A DNA stretch of 64,000 nucleotides from Ylistrum balloti (lineage: Eukaryota): assembly GCF_031769215.1 (NCBI RefSeq), contig NW_026782083.1, positions 1,364,001 through 1,428,000 of the forward strand. Direction: 5' to 3'. Both the position numbers and the translations under genes were made by a program. The notes beneath the pieces are model-generated. The model did no database searches. It was not told where the DNA came from and worked only from the letters and a program-made list of their open reading frames with translations. Numbering within the stretch: position 1 is the stretch's first letter; each line of letters starts with the position of its first letter. Shown here in pieces: positions 12,901 to 25,700 of the stretch.

Positions 12901-15900
12901 AGTGATATCATTTAAAGGGTTTTCACAAATTGTGCTCTGAAATGTTAAGAGAAATTATATGATCATTCTTTGATATGTTGTATTTTTAAATCTCAATGGT
13001 TCTGTGTAAAGTATATACCATGTTCGTGATCTCTCTTTCTGACATCTGAGCCTCTGGGCCTCTTACTATCCCAAACTGTCTGTGGAAGATCTTCTTCACT
13101 TGACCTCTTTCGTGGTGGTCCAACACGCCTCTCAAGCTCCCGTGCCATCATCTCCTCAATGGCTGCTTTGCGTCTAGCTGCATTCCGTGCCTCCATCTCC
13201 TGGCGTTTCTGGACCTGCACACATTGGAGAAGTTACGATTATAGTGTGTTATCAGACTTTTTAATAGGAAAAATATATTTGAAATATTGTAATAACTTAT
13301 TAACTTTCTTATGAAAAGAAATTTTTGTGAGAACAAAATGCAGTTTTATAACACTTGATTCCTCCAAGACACAAAATATACTTAAAAATATCTAAATGAT
13401 CACTTCTATACTTTTAACATCAATATAGTATAACTAACTAGATGACACTTAAACAATTGTCTGGTTTATAGAAGTGTACCATTGAGGGTTAAATTGATTG
13501 CAAAATTTGAAAATAAAGTGAAACATAAAACTTTTACAAACAACAAAGTGGAAAATGCATTCAACAATTTAACTCACTTCTTTAAAAGTATTAAGTGGTA
13601 TTGCTGCTGTAATCAACACACAGAGACTGAGGCCCGATATTCTAAGGAAGTTAATACCATAAGTACTAGTATAAAAAAATAAGTACTCCAGCTGTAATCC
13701 TCCCCACCAGAGATTGAATTCAAATTCACTGAGGTAAGTGACATGATTTAAAGAAATCAAATTATATCAAACTTTACCCATTTTACAACGACTGCAAAAC
13801 AAGATACTCCAACTTAAAATTTATCGCTCTTGTTGGCCTGGATGGAAACGCAGGAGGGCCTTACTGTGGAAGGAAACCAGAGTACCCAAAGAAAACCCAT
13901 GTGGTCGGGCAGGTGACCTATACCTTTCTACTTTCATTCTGGGAATTGCACCTATCCTAGCTGCTTTACCACAGCACTACCCGATCACTCAAGTTTATGA
14001 TTAGTACTAGTATGAGAGGAATTGGTACCCCTGCTGTAGCCCTCTCTTGGAGAAACTAAAACCCAACTCACTCAGGGAGGTAATACAATTAGGACTAACC
14101 TGTTCCTTCATTTCCTCCACCAAGCTCTTCTGCTTCAATCCTTTAGGTTCCTTCTTTTTCTCTGCACTGCTAGATTTTGACTCCTCTTTGGATGACTTCT
14201 TGCTTTCAGTCTGGTATAAAAAATACGAAAACATTCATCAAATATTGGAATATCCATTGCATAACAAGGTATTAGCAATACTCACCACTAATACACAGCC
14301 TAATTATAACTGTTGTAAAAAGTTGTCTTTTGTTTTATATCAATTCATTTTGCACCTCTAAATAATAAATTAATTTTACTTCACTTAATCACTATCACTG
14401 AATCCAAGTATAATATACATTATGGCACCAAATGTACAGTACAAATATCCAGACTCCATAGAATATTAATTCTTTTAACACGATCACTAGAAACTGCAAG
14501 TATAACATTATGCTGACTACACTGTCACCTTCATCAGACAAATGACCAGTGAGAAGTGTATTAGCATTGATGACCGTACAAGATGGTATGAAATGACCAA
14601 CTTTTTTGACTGTACTGTAATCCTATTCTATTCTACTGAGATATCTAACCAAAGAAAATGTTTCAGAATATCCAGACTCTATGACTATTTTCTTACCACT
14701 TTTCATATGAAATTAAATTTCAGAAATGTTTTGTAATGTTTGATTCACAGAAGTCACCTTTTTGGTTTCTTTATTGTCAAATGCCATGTCCAGGGCTGCA
14801 TCAATGTCGTCGAGATCCATGTCTACCTCAGCACTGTCAGAGTCCTCCTTGTTCTTCTTGGTAGACTTTTTAGGTTCGTCACTGTCGTAGGCACTACTAC
14901 TACTATCATCATCACTGTTGTCAAAGTAAGTAGCATCAACCAGTGGTGCTTTAGAGGGCTTTGTGCTGTCTGGCTTTGGAGAATGCTGGTGGTCTGTGTT
15001 TTTGAGAATACCACTGGTTTTCTTCTGAACCAGGAAACTGGAGGTTGATGAAACCCCAGAATTGTCTCCTCCTTCAAGAGATGAAACACTTCCAGATGGC
15101 AACTCTGGACCAAACAGGCTACTTTTTCCAGAACTCACACTGTCAGGACTGAAAAAAAAAAAAATTTACCAACCTGACATAAATTTTGCACCTTCAGTAA
15201 ATCAGATGAAATCTTCTGAGACCTTTAAATGTAACCTTTCGGGCATAAATTGAGATATCAATACAGGTCTGGAAAGACTATGTTAAAGATCTGCAGGTCA
15301 GTCGTTATTTCATAAACAACCCTGGTCCAACTGGTTAAACCAATAAATGGCTTTGGTTATCATTAACCTTTTTTTTTCCAATATCAGAAAATTGTCACAT
15401 GAAAAGGCAATCTGTTCCTAAATTTTCACCAAAAATGAAAGTAATTTTATTCCCATATTAATCCATATTTGGACATTATTGCTCTACATCAGTTTACTAA
15501 CTTGTCCTGTTTGGGCTTTGTTGGTTTGACACGGCCTTCCTTGGTGAGTCGCTCAACTTTCTCCTCATACTCTTTGCGTAGTAATAGATACTGGGTGAAT
15601 TCTGCTGGGATCTCCCAAGTAACTTCATTAGTGACTGTGTTCCAGTAGTAGAAACATTGAGTGTGTTCATCCAGTGTTTGCTGCCAAACTGACACAGGCT
15701 CTATTGAAGAAATGCCATAAGTGTAAAACAAATACTGAAAACAAACTTGATTTGGCACGATTCAAATTATAGCATACAATGAAACCTCACCTAAAGACAA
15801 CTTCAAAATCAAAACCGTCATGATATTATGAACACTTACTTTCAGTCTTACATTGGTCCCCTCCGAAATATGACTATCCTGTCACTTATAGTATGACAAG

Positions 15901-18759
15901 TTTTTGCAGTCCCAAAGACCACTAATTCAGGGTAATTGACTCCATGATCGCGACTAGTCACCAATGGCAAAAATGAACAATAATCCGAAACCATAACTGC
16001 GCTAAATTTAGCCTTAAAACCTTTAGCGAAATTCTATTTTTTCTACACGTCAAAAAATCAAACATTGTATTATTTGTCAAAATTCTGACAGTAAAAATTC
16101 TGTTTTTCCTCACTTCTCAATATTTTGTTCAAGAAAAAAGATGTAATAACTGAGTTTGATATCTTAGTAACAATGTTGGCTTATTTCACACTGATGACTT
16201 ACCTTCAGGCCATTGCTCTTCCTTGGATTCTTTAGCTACGGCTTCTGTATTTTCCTTCTGTGTCATGAACTCAGATGCCCCCTTCACAAACATACTCTTG
16301 TACTTGGATCTAGATTCCATGTCTTTAGCTGCTTCTTCCCTTTTATTGTAAGTCTTCGTGTGTGAAGTATCGTTCCTGAAATTCCTTACAGAGTTTTCTT
16401 CCTGATCATTGCTACTTTGCGCATTTGTGTTGAGTTTGAAACTAGGTGGAGGAATTTCTACCTTAAAGCTTGGACGGGCCTCTTCATCCTCATCCTCTTC
16501 CTCTTCATCATCTGGGACAGGTAAGGCATCAATTTCCTGAAAACAAAAAACATCACACATATAGACTAGATGATTACATTTGTTTACTCTACAGACACAT
16601 TTCAGCTCCCTTTCTTCAACACCAATGTCAAATAAATAATGTTTTGTGTAATGCTCTCTACTCTGTTCAACAATTTTTGTTTTTTTGGTTTTATTTGTTT
16701 TGTTTTTGTGAAAAAAAACCCCATTTAGCTTAAAGGCTTCAGTGTTGCTTGTGTCTTAACATGGTTGATGATAGGTTTTTCTCCTCAATGAATTTTCCTA
16801 TTAATTTAGGCATTGTCCCTGGTTACAACTTACAGCCAGGAAGTCAGCCACTTTGTCATCTATGTCTGTTTTCCCACCATTCACTTGGCCAGGTGGTAGG
16901 GAGTCAGAGGTTCCATCCCTTGTAGAGGGCCCTAGAATGGAGGAATTTCAGCTTCATTCAAAACATAGTAAGTGACATATGATAAGTCACATGTGCCTAA
17001 GTATATTTAACTCTGTTTAACGCTTAACATTTCCGTATTATTTTTAGTATTTACCTTGTACCTGCCGTAAAATTTTATATGAAAACTGAAGGAATTCTTA
17101 CAAATACCATAATTACTTTGGAAAAGATATAAGAAACTATGTGGTCACTTGTACCATTCTGTATGATTTCCTGTAATAATAATTTCTCTGGCAGCGACAA
17201 TTTTTACCTTCATCAAGCTCTTCATCAGATCCTTGTTCATCCTCATCATATCCACCATCAGCATATGCACCTAAGACCAAATAAATCAATAAGGTTGAAT
17301 TTCCTGACTTGATGACAATTTCACAAGTATTTATGATCTAATAGAGAAAAACATTTAAACGGTTGTGTTTCAGTCTGTAATAGAACATAAGAAGTCCAAT
17401 CAGCCTGTACTGCTCATGCATTCTGTAGCCTGTATTACTTATGTGTTCTGCAGCCTGTATTGCTCACATGTTCAATGGCCTGTACTGTTCACCAGTTCTG
17501 CAGCCTGCATTGCTCACATGTTCAACGGCTTGTACTATTCACCAGTTCTGCAGTCTGTACTGCTCATGCGTTTGCAGCCTGTATTGCTCACATGTTCTGC
17601 AGCCTGTACTGCTCATGCCTTCTGCAGCCTGTACTGCTAACAGGTTCTACAGCCTGTACTGCTCATGTGCACTCAAGCCTGTACTGCTCATGCATTTGCA
17701 GCCTGTACTGCCCATGTTTTCTGCAGTCTGTATTACTCACAGGTTGTGCAGCCTGTACTGCTCATGTGTTCTCAAGCCTGTAGTGCTCAGATGTTCTGCA
17801 GCCTGTACTAATGACGTGTTCTGCAGATTCTGTCATTAAAAAGAAATTTTATAGGAAGAATTTGTTCATGCAACCAATCTTGTCTTTCCAGTTCCAAGCA
17901 TCTCATTCTCCTACGGGTCATTCAGGAGGGGATTGAAATGCATTTAACCCTTGTTACCTTAAAAGTAGGTCAAGGTTATCCATTAAAAGAGACTTGATAG
18001 CCCCTTATCCTTACATTCTGCTACTTAAACATCATGACCCTTTGACCTCTTATTCAGGAGAGGTTGTTTAGAGAATTTCATGTCTAATAGACAAGGTAGG
18101 CAACAACGAGTGATAAAGTCACTTTATACATGTGAACAAAACATACCATTTCTACTGCACTGCAGATATAGACCTATTGTTGAAAAATACTATGATCTCA
18201 AAATATTTATTCTACATATAAAATGTTTACCTCTGGAATCATCATCTTCTTCATTTTGTCGACCATAGCCATATCGAGCTGTAAAGACAAAATGATAATA
18301 AGGTATCAAAACAAAAGATTGAGATATATCAACAATTATATGATTTTAGAGTTATGATCCTGGAACACAAATAAAACATACATGTAAATATTTTTTTCCA
18401 ACTAAGTTAAAATCATGTCATTGTCAGAAATGACAGAGCAGAGTCCCATGGGTTTCAGAAACCGGTATAATATAAGCTAAGGTACATTGCAGTATATAAT
18501 CATTTCTTCAACTATATTGGTAATCACTCAAAAGCTACTTCCTCACAATATGATAGACAACAAGTATCTATTTCAAATTTTCACTTCACAAATAATTACT
18601 TGTTAAAATGCCATCAATGTGATTGTACCATTATATCAATTTTTGTTATGTGTATAGACAAAATGTGCTGTTCATGCAGACAGCATTCCTACCTAGAAAA
18701 CTGTCCTTGTTATCACTCAGTTGTAGTACCGTTCTTCTTTTCCCCCTCTGTTTTCCCAT
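917..18759 (-). CDS. FNBP4: Formin-binding protein 4 (FBP30-like, two WW domains); 3'-partial, continues beyond position 1
   Basis: Coding exons on - strand, all GT-AG and phase-consistent: 18693-18759 (MGKQRGKRRTVLQLS), 18231-18278, 17208-17270 (GAYADGGYDED), 16834-16931 (TDIDDKVADFLA), 16203-16536 (EIDAL), 15502-15700 (WW1: WQQTLDEHTQCFYYWNTVTNEVTWEIP), 14758-15148, 14100-14210, 13019-13214, 12058-12509, 11404-11508 (ELADLALSKLEFL), 10961-11094 (TRHQDWQAGGL...PPGWTCHWD), 917-1301 (RAYRRYFYMSKKSKHTQWDYP, completes WW2). Motif order matches human FNBP4 as recalled. 861 codons in window. Confidence 0.93.
4076..5020 (-). mobile_element. Non-autonomous Helentron/HINE-like element with two internal ~330-bp repeats
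   Basis: Terminal motifs ACAAGAGGCC...GGTCACCTGAG at 4076 and CACAGGTGACCTAAAAA at ~5005-5020, typical of bivalve HINE-like ends; internal duplication (CACCTTAA.ATGCTTCCATT...CTACCATATCTGGGTCTTGAGAAGAAGA at ~4374 and ~4703). Confidence 0.5.
6640..8280 (-). pseudogene. Decayed coding-like segment inside the 9.7-kb FNBP4 intron
   Basis: Minus-strand translation gives protein-like blocks in changing frames, broken by stops (DCSSGNTEGEDSGCGSV*, TEGEDPTD, about three copies of a ~33-aa NSGQNGLEVVSVLC repeat, TPKNSESKLTTKNLNISAFKPGAPAPL*, CGILPEVPAFKIREEDLYERNATLK). No recognisable family. Confidence 0.35.
8800..9480. repeat. Minisatellite: degenerate ~17-bp monomers grading into a 68-bp higher-order unit (~5 copies)
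   Basis: Unit GGAAGGTTGAGACTAAGGAAAGGTTGTTAATGTAGAAAGGTTTGCAATACATGAGAGTTTGCGATACA at 9113, 9181, 9249, 9317, 9385. Confidence 0.9.
11757..12090. repeat. 67-bp tandem repeat x5 spanning the FNBP4 exon-10 donor site
   Basis: Unit starts at 11821, 11888, 11955, 12022 plus one near 11757; on the - strand each unit reads AGGTTAAAGGAGGTTCAGCTAGCCAATC(T/A)CAAG|GTATATTAC... Confidence 0.95.
13850..13990 (-). mobile_element. tRNA-derived SINE relic
   Basis: GGAAACC.GAGTACCC..AGAAAACCCA core-like motif and a degraded tRNA-like head at the right end. Confidence 0.35.
17385..17825. repeat. ~24-25-bp minisatellite (CAGCCTGTACTGCTCAT...TTCTG) in an FNBP4 intron
   Basis: Direct reading; it explains the Cys-rich ORFs at 17365-17839. 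Confidence 0.9.
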
Positions 18760-19199
18760 GCTGGAAAGGAATATACCAATAAATATACTTCAAGTAAATG
18801 GAAATGTCCAAATTGTACCAATTTGATCAGCAAGGCAACACAATTTTTCTATAAACTAAAAAGGACCTGTAAGACATGAATGCTTCTGGCCTGCTCTAAG
18901 CATGTTCATAAGAATCATTGTGTGATGAATTTGCATAAGCTGTAAAATGTGACTATAGACTTTTTGATTCTATAACATTACCTCATAAGGTGCCAAACAC
19001 CACTAATATTATCAAGATTTTTTACCTTGTTAGAATTTCTTTTTTTGTTCTTTAACTTTGATGTTTTCCAGTCTTTTCTCTTATTTTCCTCATGATTATA
19101 ATATTAAGATATTTGATAATTCCTTTTAAAAAATAGCAATTATAACTACTGTATCTATAAAATCAAAGATGTTTGAATATTGACCATCTTATTTTTCTT

Positions 19200-19600
19200 A
19201 TCAGTTCCAAAATAGACTAAGGCAGAAGAGTGGAACCTACAAATAAAATCTGAGAATGATCCATCCTGTATTTCTCAAGAAATAGTGATTTAAATCATTT
19301 CCTTATCAAAATAAAATATGGCTGCCTTTCAGCCCTTTTTTCTTATCAGTCCCAAAATCAACAAGGCACAACTAGGGACCAACAAAACCTTACATATCAG
19401 ATTTGAGAAAGATCCATTCAATCCCTCTCATGTAGTGATAGGAAACTTTCATGGTCAAAATCTAGGATACCTTTCCATCTTCCGCCATACTGATAAGCTC
19501 ATTAGTCCAAAAATCAAAAGGGCACAAGTGGAGGCTATAAGGAACCTTCACGTGAAATTTGAGAATGATCCATCTGATACTTCTCAAAAGATAGCTTGGC
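19200..19600. repeat. Copies of the ~154-bp satellite-like unit, in reverse orientation relative to 49835-50445
   Basis: AAAATATGGCTGCC...ATCAGTCCCAAAATCAA.AAGGCACAACTAGGGACCAA...ATTTGAGAAAGATCCAT is the reverse complement of the unit near 49.9-50.4 kb; it explains ORFs 19318-19800 and 49909-50091. Confidence 0.7.
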
Positions 19601-20290
19601 TTGAGAAGAATTGTAAATGCAATGTGTTTAAGAACTTAATCCCCCATCCCTGCTTTGTAGGGCATGATTGCTTCTTTTTGCAAGGTTATGCTGAGGCCAT
19701 AGACAGGGCAATTATTTGCAAGCATTCATGTCTAAGTACTGCATACCAAGTGATACATATAGTGCTTAGTGCATGTTATATTCTTATGTATGAAAAATGA
19801 TTTGCAATGTGAAGCTATCAGAACAATTGTTAATACAATGTATCAGAATCACAAAATGGTCTTTAGATTTCTATTTTAAAAAAAGAAAAACTAAAAGTTT
19901 TGATATTGTGCTCGTTCAGGTATTGCACATTTCCTCTTAATTCAATGGAACAAACATATATCTGCTTCCTGTACAAATATTGATACATATTTTTTTTTCA
20001 TTTTCGATAGGATGGGCCATAGGTAAGCAAATTTTGTACACCTTTCATGTCCTGCCTTTTCCATATAAATTCTTAAACAATAACAAATTTTATTGTAGCG
20101 TCTTCTTTCAAGTTCTAACAAACAGAAGTGTCATTACGAAGATTAGGTTTGGTTCTGTTAAGACATTTTCGTCTGTAATATATACTTTTAGCTCACATTT
20201 TCATTCATATGTATGGTATACAGATAAAGTTAACACGAAATGAAAAAAATGAGCAAGCAGAACCTATAACTTGTCACGACGTTAATATAC

Positions 20291-20525
20291 AACAAAACTA
20301 AAAGACTTGAGATACAGCAAGTCTGCTGCATCAGACAAAGTGGCATGACAACAAAACTAAAAGACTTGAGATACAGCAAGTCTGCTGCAGCAGACAAAGT
20401 GGCATGACAACAAAACTAAAAGACTTGAGATACAGCAAGTCTGCTGCATCAGACAAAGTGGCATGACAACAAAACTAAAAGACATGAGATGCAGCCAGTC
20501 TGCTGCATCAGACAAAATGGCATGG
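20291..20525. repeat. 59-bp tandem repeat x4
   Basis: AACAAAACTAAAAGACTTGAGATACAGCAAGTCTGCTGCATCAGACAAAGTGGCATGAC at 20291, 20350, 20409, 20468. Confidence 0.95.
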
Positions 20526-21882
20526 TGCATTAGACTAAGAAACACGATTCCAGCAATCGATCGGCTATGTATGCAGACGGGTGACCTGGCCATGTAAGGT
20601 CTCGCTTCACGCAACTGAAACTATTTTGTGATGATGTAAAATTCTCACTAACTTTCTGGAGTCTATATGCTGTTTGTAAGCTGATATTTCCGTCCAGTGT
20701 ATCACATTTTTGGCGTTTTAATTCGTGTAAAATGTCAAAGCGATCTCCACCTGACCCAAATCCTTTCCGAGACTGACCGAATTTTTGCTGATGTTACCAA
20801 GGCTATGATTGGTCGGAAATAAATTACAAATCGTACTCAGTCTAAAACATCATTTTAACCGAACCGGTGATAGGATTTAATCCGGAAAAGATTTTAACCA
20901 ACCCGAAGATCAGTGAGCCAGAATGTCGAAAGTCCTATGTTGATATATCAAAATGACATAGGCCTATCATGATCTTCTCATCATGTTTCCCTTTTTAGTG
21001 TAATCTAAGTGAAAAAATCAACAGTCATTTGAAAATGAAAAAACCCATGTTCTGATTTCATTAGCGAGACAATATCAAAAATTTTAGTTTAAATTATTCT
21101 GATGTTTTATCTCCACTTTCTTACTGATCTCAATATTGGTCATCAATTTAGAAAGTCAAAATAATTCGAACTGAAAGGCAATAAACCATTTTCTAACTAA
21201 TATTAAAGGAAATATAATTGGGAAGAATCTGACTAATTATATATTGGTTTTACACTATGTAACTGTAGCCGAAAGAGTGAACTCCACAAAATAGTTTGGT
21301 ATTATATTCGTACTTCGGGGTTCAAAAAACTTTTATCCTCTGTCCAATGTGCATTAGTCTTATTTCAATTTCACAATAGGAGCGACACATTTCTTGGTAT
21401 TGGTATATCGTTTCCGACAGCAACCATAAGTTTGGATCAATTAAATTAAAATTTAACCTTATCTATTTACAACAATTTTTGAAATGAAATAAATAACTTA
21501 ACTTCTCGCCTTATATACGCCTCAGTCCGAAGGATAGATAGTCAGAACTCGGAACCCTTACAGAGAAGATATACAGATATCTCACATGTTTTTTCTTCCT
21601 TTGATATTCAACTTCAAGTTTGTTCATGCTAAAAAAAGTTAAATGTCGGATTCGGATGTTTTAAAAATCGAAGCCCGAGTTACCTGTGTTCGTCAACTTT
21701 CGCTTCAAAGATACCTATATCTGGTGTACAACAGACGGTACACGGTGTCAGATCTTCAACGAAGTACATATTTTGCATTTGATTTTAAAATAATTTAGTT
21801 GTAATATAAGGTATATATGCCGTACTGATGAAGTATTGCGTTGCGCTTATTTGTCACGAAGTGAATTTCCAAACCAATTGTT

Positions 21883-22021
21883 NNNNNNNNNNNNNNNNNN
21901 NNNNNNNNNNNNNNNNNNNNNNNNNNNNNNNNNNNNNNNNNNNNNNNNNNNNNNNNNNNNNNNNNNNNNNNNNNNNNNNNNNNNNNNNNNNNNNNNNNNN
22001 NNNNNNNNNNNNNNNNNNNNN
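21883..22021. other. Assembly gap (139 N)
   Basis: Run of N in the sequence. Confidence 1.
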
Positions 22022-22744
22022 ACTAACACCAGTTCTTTACGTTTTTGTTTTGTTCTATTTTTAAGTCATTAAATATCGAGAATAACGAAATTTCTTAATT
22101 TATGTGTGGTTGTTGTGCCCAGGTAATAGCCTATATTTCTCGGACAATTTTCAAATTTCCAAAATCGCTTCTTACAGTTCCAAACTTTTGGCCAGCACGA
22201 GACAGCTGCATGGTGCAGTTCAATTTATTATTTTGGCTATAACCATGTAAGTCAAATTAATATGGAAAAGTGTCTTTTATCCATTTTTTAATCTTTTATA
22301 TTATTTACTGATTATTTTGCCATGATATTTTAAGTCGTTCCATACAATCACTCTAGAGAACAATTAAACGCCAACGTCTACTACAAAGCGTTGATAATCT
22401 AAATTTGTATGGAATTATGTTCATTTATTGTTCGTCTTTTGTATATTTTTTATGTCTATTTTATTTTTATCTTGTGTATCTATTTGTTTATTTGCCATGA
22501 TATTTTAATACGTGATATACCATCACCCTAGAGAATAGGGTAACGCCAACCTCTGTCACAAATAGATGCATGCTATTGATTGTACGTCGGCAACGCAGAA
22601 ATGGTTCGTCTAATGATCATTGAGCTACTCGTGAGAGTACAAGGAGGAAGCAGTGGTTCTCCTGGCGTAGTAAAGATGGAAATGTCAACAACATCTCCAC
22701 CGAATTAACAGATTTCAACACGGTCTTTGTGATTTACAACAAAT

Positions 22745-25700
22745 ATGAGCATTGACACGAATATTTTAAAAACATTGCAGACTGGAAATGAACAGGATGT
22801 ATGTTTAGTGCTCGAGGCTTTTACGACAAAGGTGAGACAAAAACATCGTTCAGAATCGATCTGAATATTTATAATGAGGTCCATTTATATCGAGGTATCT
22901 CATAATTACGCACGCGACTCATTTCATTCCAATAATGTAGTCTTACCGTTTATTTCTCTTTTTATTCTAATAACATTTGAAACATCCAGGAAACACATCT
23001 AATGATCCGTATTTAGCAGTCTAGTAATTATATAATAAGAAGTATATATTGGTGAGTATTATGACGTGATCTTTTAGATTAGTCCAAGGCATTAGACGTG
23101 TGTGTACCGTACGATAAATTTCATTGTTCTTTCACTTTGATTTCACAAACAGAAGATTTAAGTGGCAATACAAAAATATGTCCAATGCAATGTCTTATGC
23201 ACATCTTGATTAAGTAATCATGATCATGATGATGTTGAATTTTTTTTCTGACCTGCCTGTAGAGGCCCATTAGGTCCAGCAGACAGATACAACATATGCA
23301 TATGTAAACGTAAATAAGAATGACCAGGATCACAAATATTATTTACATGTGTTACTCTGTAACTCTAAACATTTGCTCATATCAGATCAAAGCCCATGAA
23401 AACCAATTATGAAGGTGTGTTTTAAAGTACATCAAGGAAAATGATTTTGTAATCAATTCTTTGCCATTAGTAAATAGTTGTTACATTTGCTTGTATTTCA
23501 GTGGTGTTCTTTTTATGTTATGTTTGTATTGAACATTGTTAAGGCTAATTAAATCCAAAATTGATTTTAGATTTTTTAAATACTTAGCGAAAGTAAAGAA
23601 ATATCAGAGGATTCTAGCTGAATTCACAATTTAAGCAGGTCATGATATGACCAATATCAAACTTATGGTATCATATGAGTTGTTGACACTGTGTAAGTAT
23701 GACATAATTGTACACTAGTACTATATGTGTAGACTTTAGATTTGGTATATATACAAATTCAGGTCCAGATATAAGTCCAAAACCCTAGTTCAAAAGTTTC
23801 AGTTGACAAGTTGCCTTTTGATGTTCATTTATAACATACATAGCAAGTGGCTATAGTCCACCTTCAGGGTGGTGTTAAATAAGGTCTTGGTCACTCATCT
23901 GATGGGTCAGTGTACAAAATGTGAATTGTACATAGTGGTATATATAGTTTCTGTCACTCAGTTTATTGATCATGCTTCTGTTGCTCAATAATTGCCTTTA
24001 AACCAAGAGAAAAAAAAACAGAAAGTTTTCTCCATTTGTCACATGACTACAGTTTTGTTAGCCAAAGCATTTCCAGTCTGTGCAGTTGATAGTTAGCAAT
24101 GAGGGAACTTCAGGTATGGATACATTATTCTACTGTACCTGTTGGGTAGGGCTAATAAAATTTCCAAAAGTTGAAACTAATCACGAAATTGACTAAGGAA
24201 ATAGCTAATTCATCAGTTATTGGTTGAGCATAGATTATCATGCAGGAACCTGGGCTTGATTCTTGTCAAGGTGTTCAGCAGGATTATGTTGTGATATATA
24301 TAAGTTACTATTGACAAAAAGCTTTGCAGCTAATACATTTCTGCACAGTATATTTATGGATGTTGTTTAGAAATTGCAAGAGGTCCTGTACTCATGATTA
24401 ATTATTAACTAATGGTAAACTAAATCAAAAGTAATCTATTTTACTATTCAATTTGATTATCCATAGTTGTAAACACAATATGCTGTGATACCAAATCAAA
24501 TCTATATTTGCTTGTACTGTATTTTTCGAAATTTTGATTACTGTTGATAAAGATCATAAGCAGAAAATAATACAGAATTTCTTTTATCAATATTGATATT
24601 TTGTGTGTATCATCATATGATATAAATATTGTGGTATGTCATCATATAATATTGATATTGTAGTATATCATCATATAATATTGATATTGTATTTGTTTAC
24701 AAAGAATAAAGCAGGAAAGTGTTTATCTAAATACATTTATAGATGCTTAGAATTACAGAATTATGTTTTTTACGACCTCTGTACTTGTCCTTAATTGTTT
24801 TCTTTAGCATGCCTGCAGTATATTCTGAAATTTTGTTCAATTAACATTTGCCTATCACAACTTTGTCAAGAATATCTCTTGTCATCAAACACTTGAACTC
24901 TGGAGCAGACATTTTTCCTTATCTTTTCAACCAATGATTCATGATCTGCCAAATTCATCAATCAATTTGATATCCAACAATTTTTGTCTGGTTACTATGG
25001 TAATGGAATACATAAACCAGGAGTCAGAGCTAGCGGTCAAATAACATTGGATAAATGATCTATTGCATTTAGTTCAGACTCTGATAATAAACAATTTAAT
25101 AAATGGTTTGATCTACAAGAGTCCACATCGCTCAGAATCATGACAGTGTTTAAAAACATGGATGGTACTAACAAATTAGTATGGCTACTAATCGGTGAAT
25201 ATATTATCTTATGTCCTGTTTGGGATATTGAAAAATACGATAATAGGATTATCTTTTGAAACACATGTTAACTGATTTGAACTAACACTAGACAGAAAGA
25301 AAAATAGGTACCTATTTCATGATTTTGATTTGTGAAAGAAACTTTGGCATGTTGTAGAAACGAGAAATATGGGAATTTTGAAATTTAGATTTGTAGAATG
25401 GTATAGATCATCTGTTTTGTGATATCTTTAATCCATGTCATGTGTTGATCAGAATGTTTATTATATGTCATTGGGTTTTGGTTTGGTATTTTTCAGAATG
25501 CACAGACCTTCAGTTTTCCTGAACTGACTTTGGATGTAAAACAGGTATATATATAATTACATATGTATAACTACAGACATTTTCTTGAAGTATTGAAAAC
25601 AATTCCATGAGAGCTTGGAGAAATCTTTTTCAATTTCTTTATGACATTATAAATTGAATGATACTAATTTATATGTTTACTCCTGTTTAAAGAAATATGA

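Noticed and set aside
17055-17061. Possible 7-nt microexon (GCAG|GTACAAG|GTAAAT) in FNBP4
   Set aside because: The flanking exons already join in frame; 7 nt would shift the frame; short motifs like this arise by chance.
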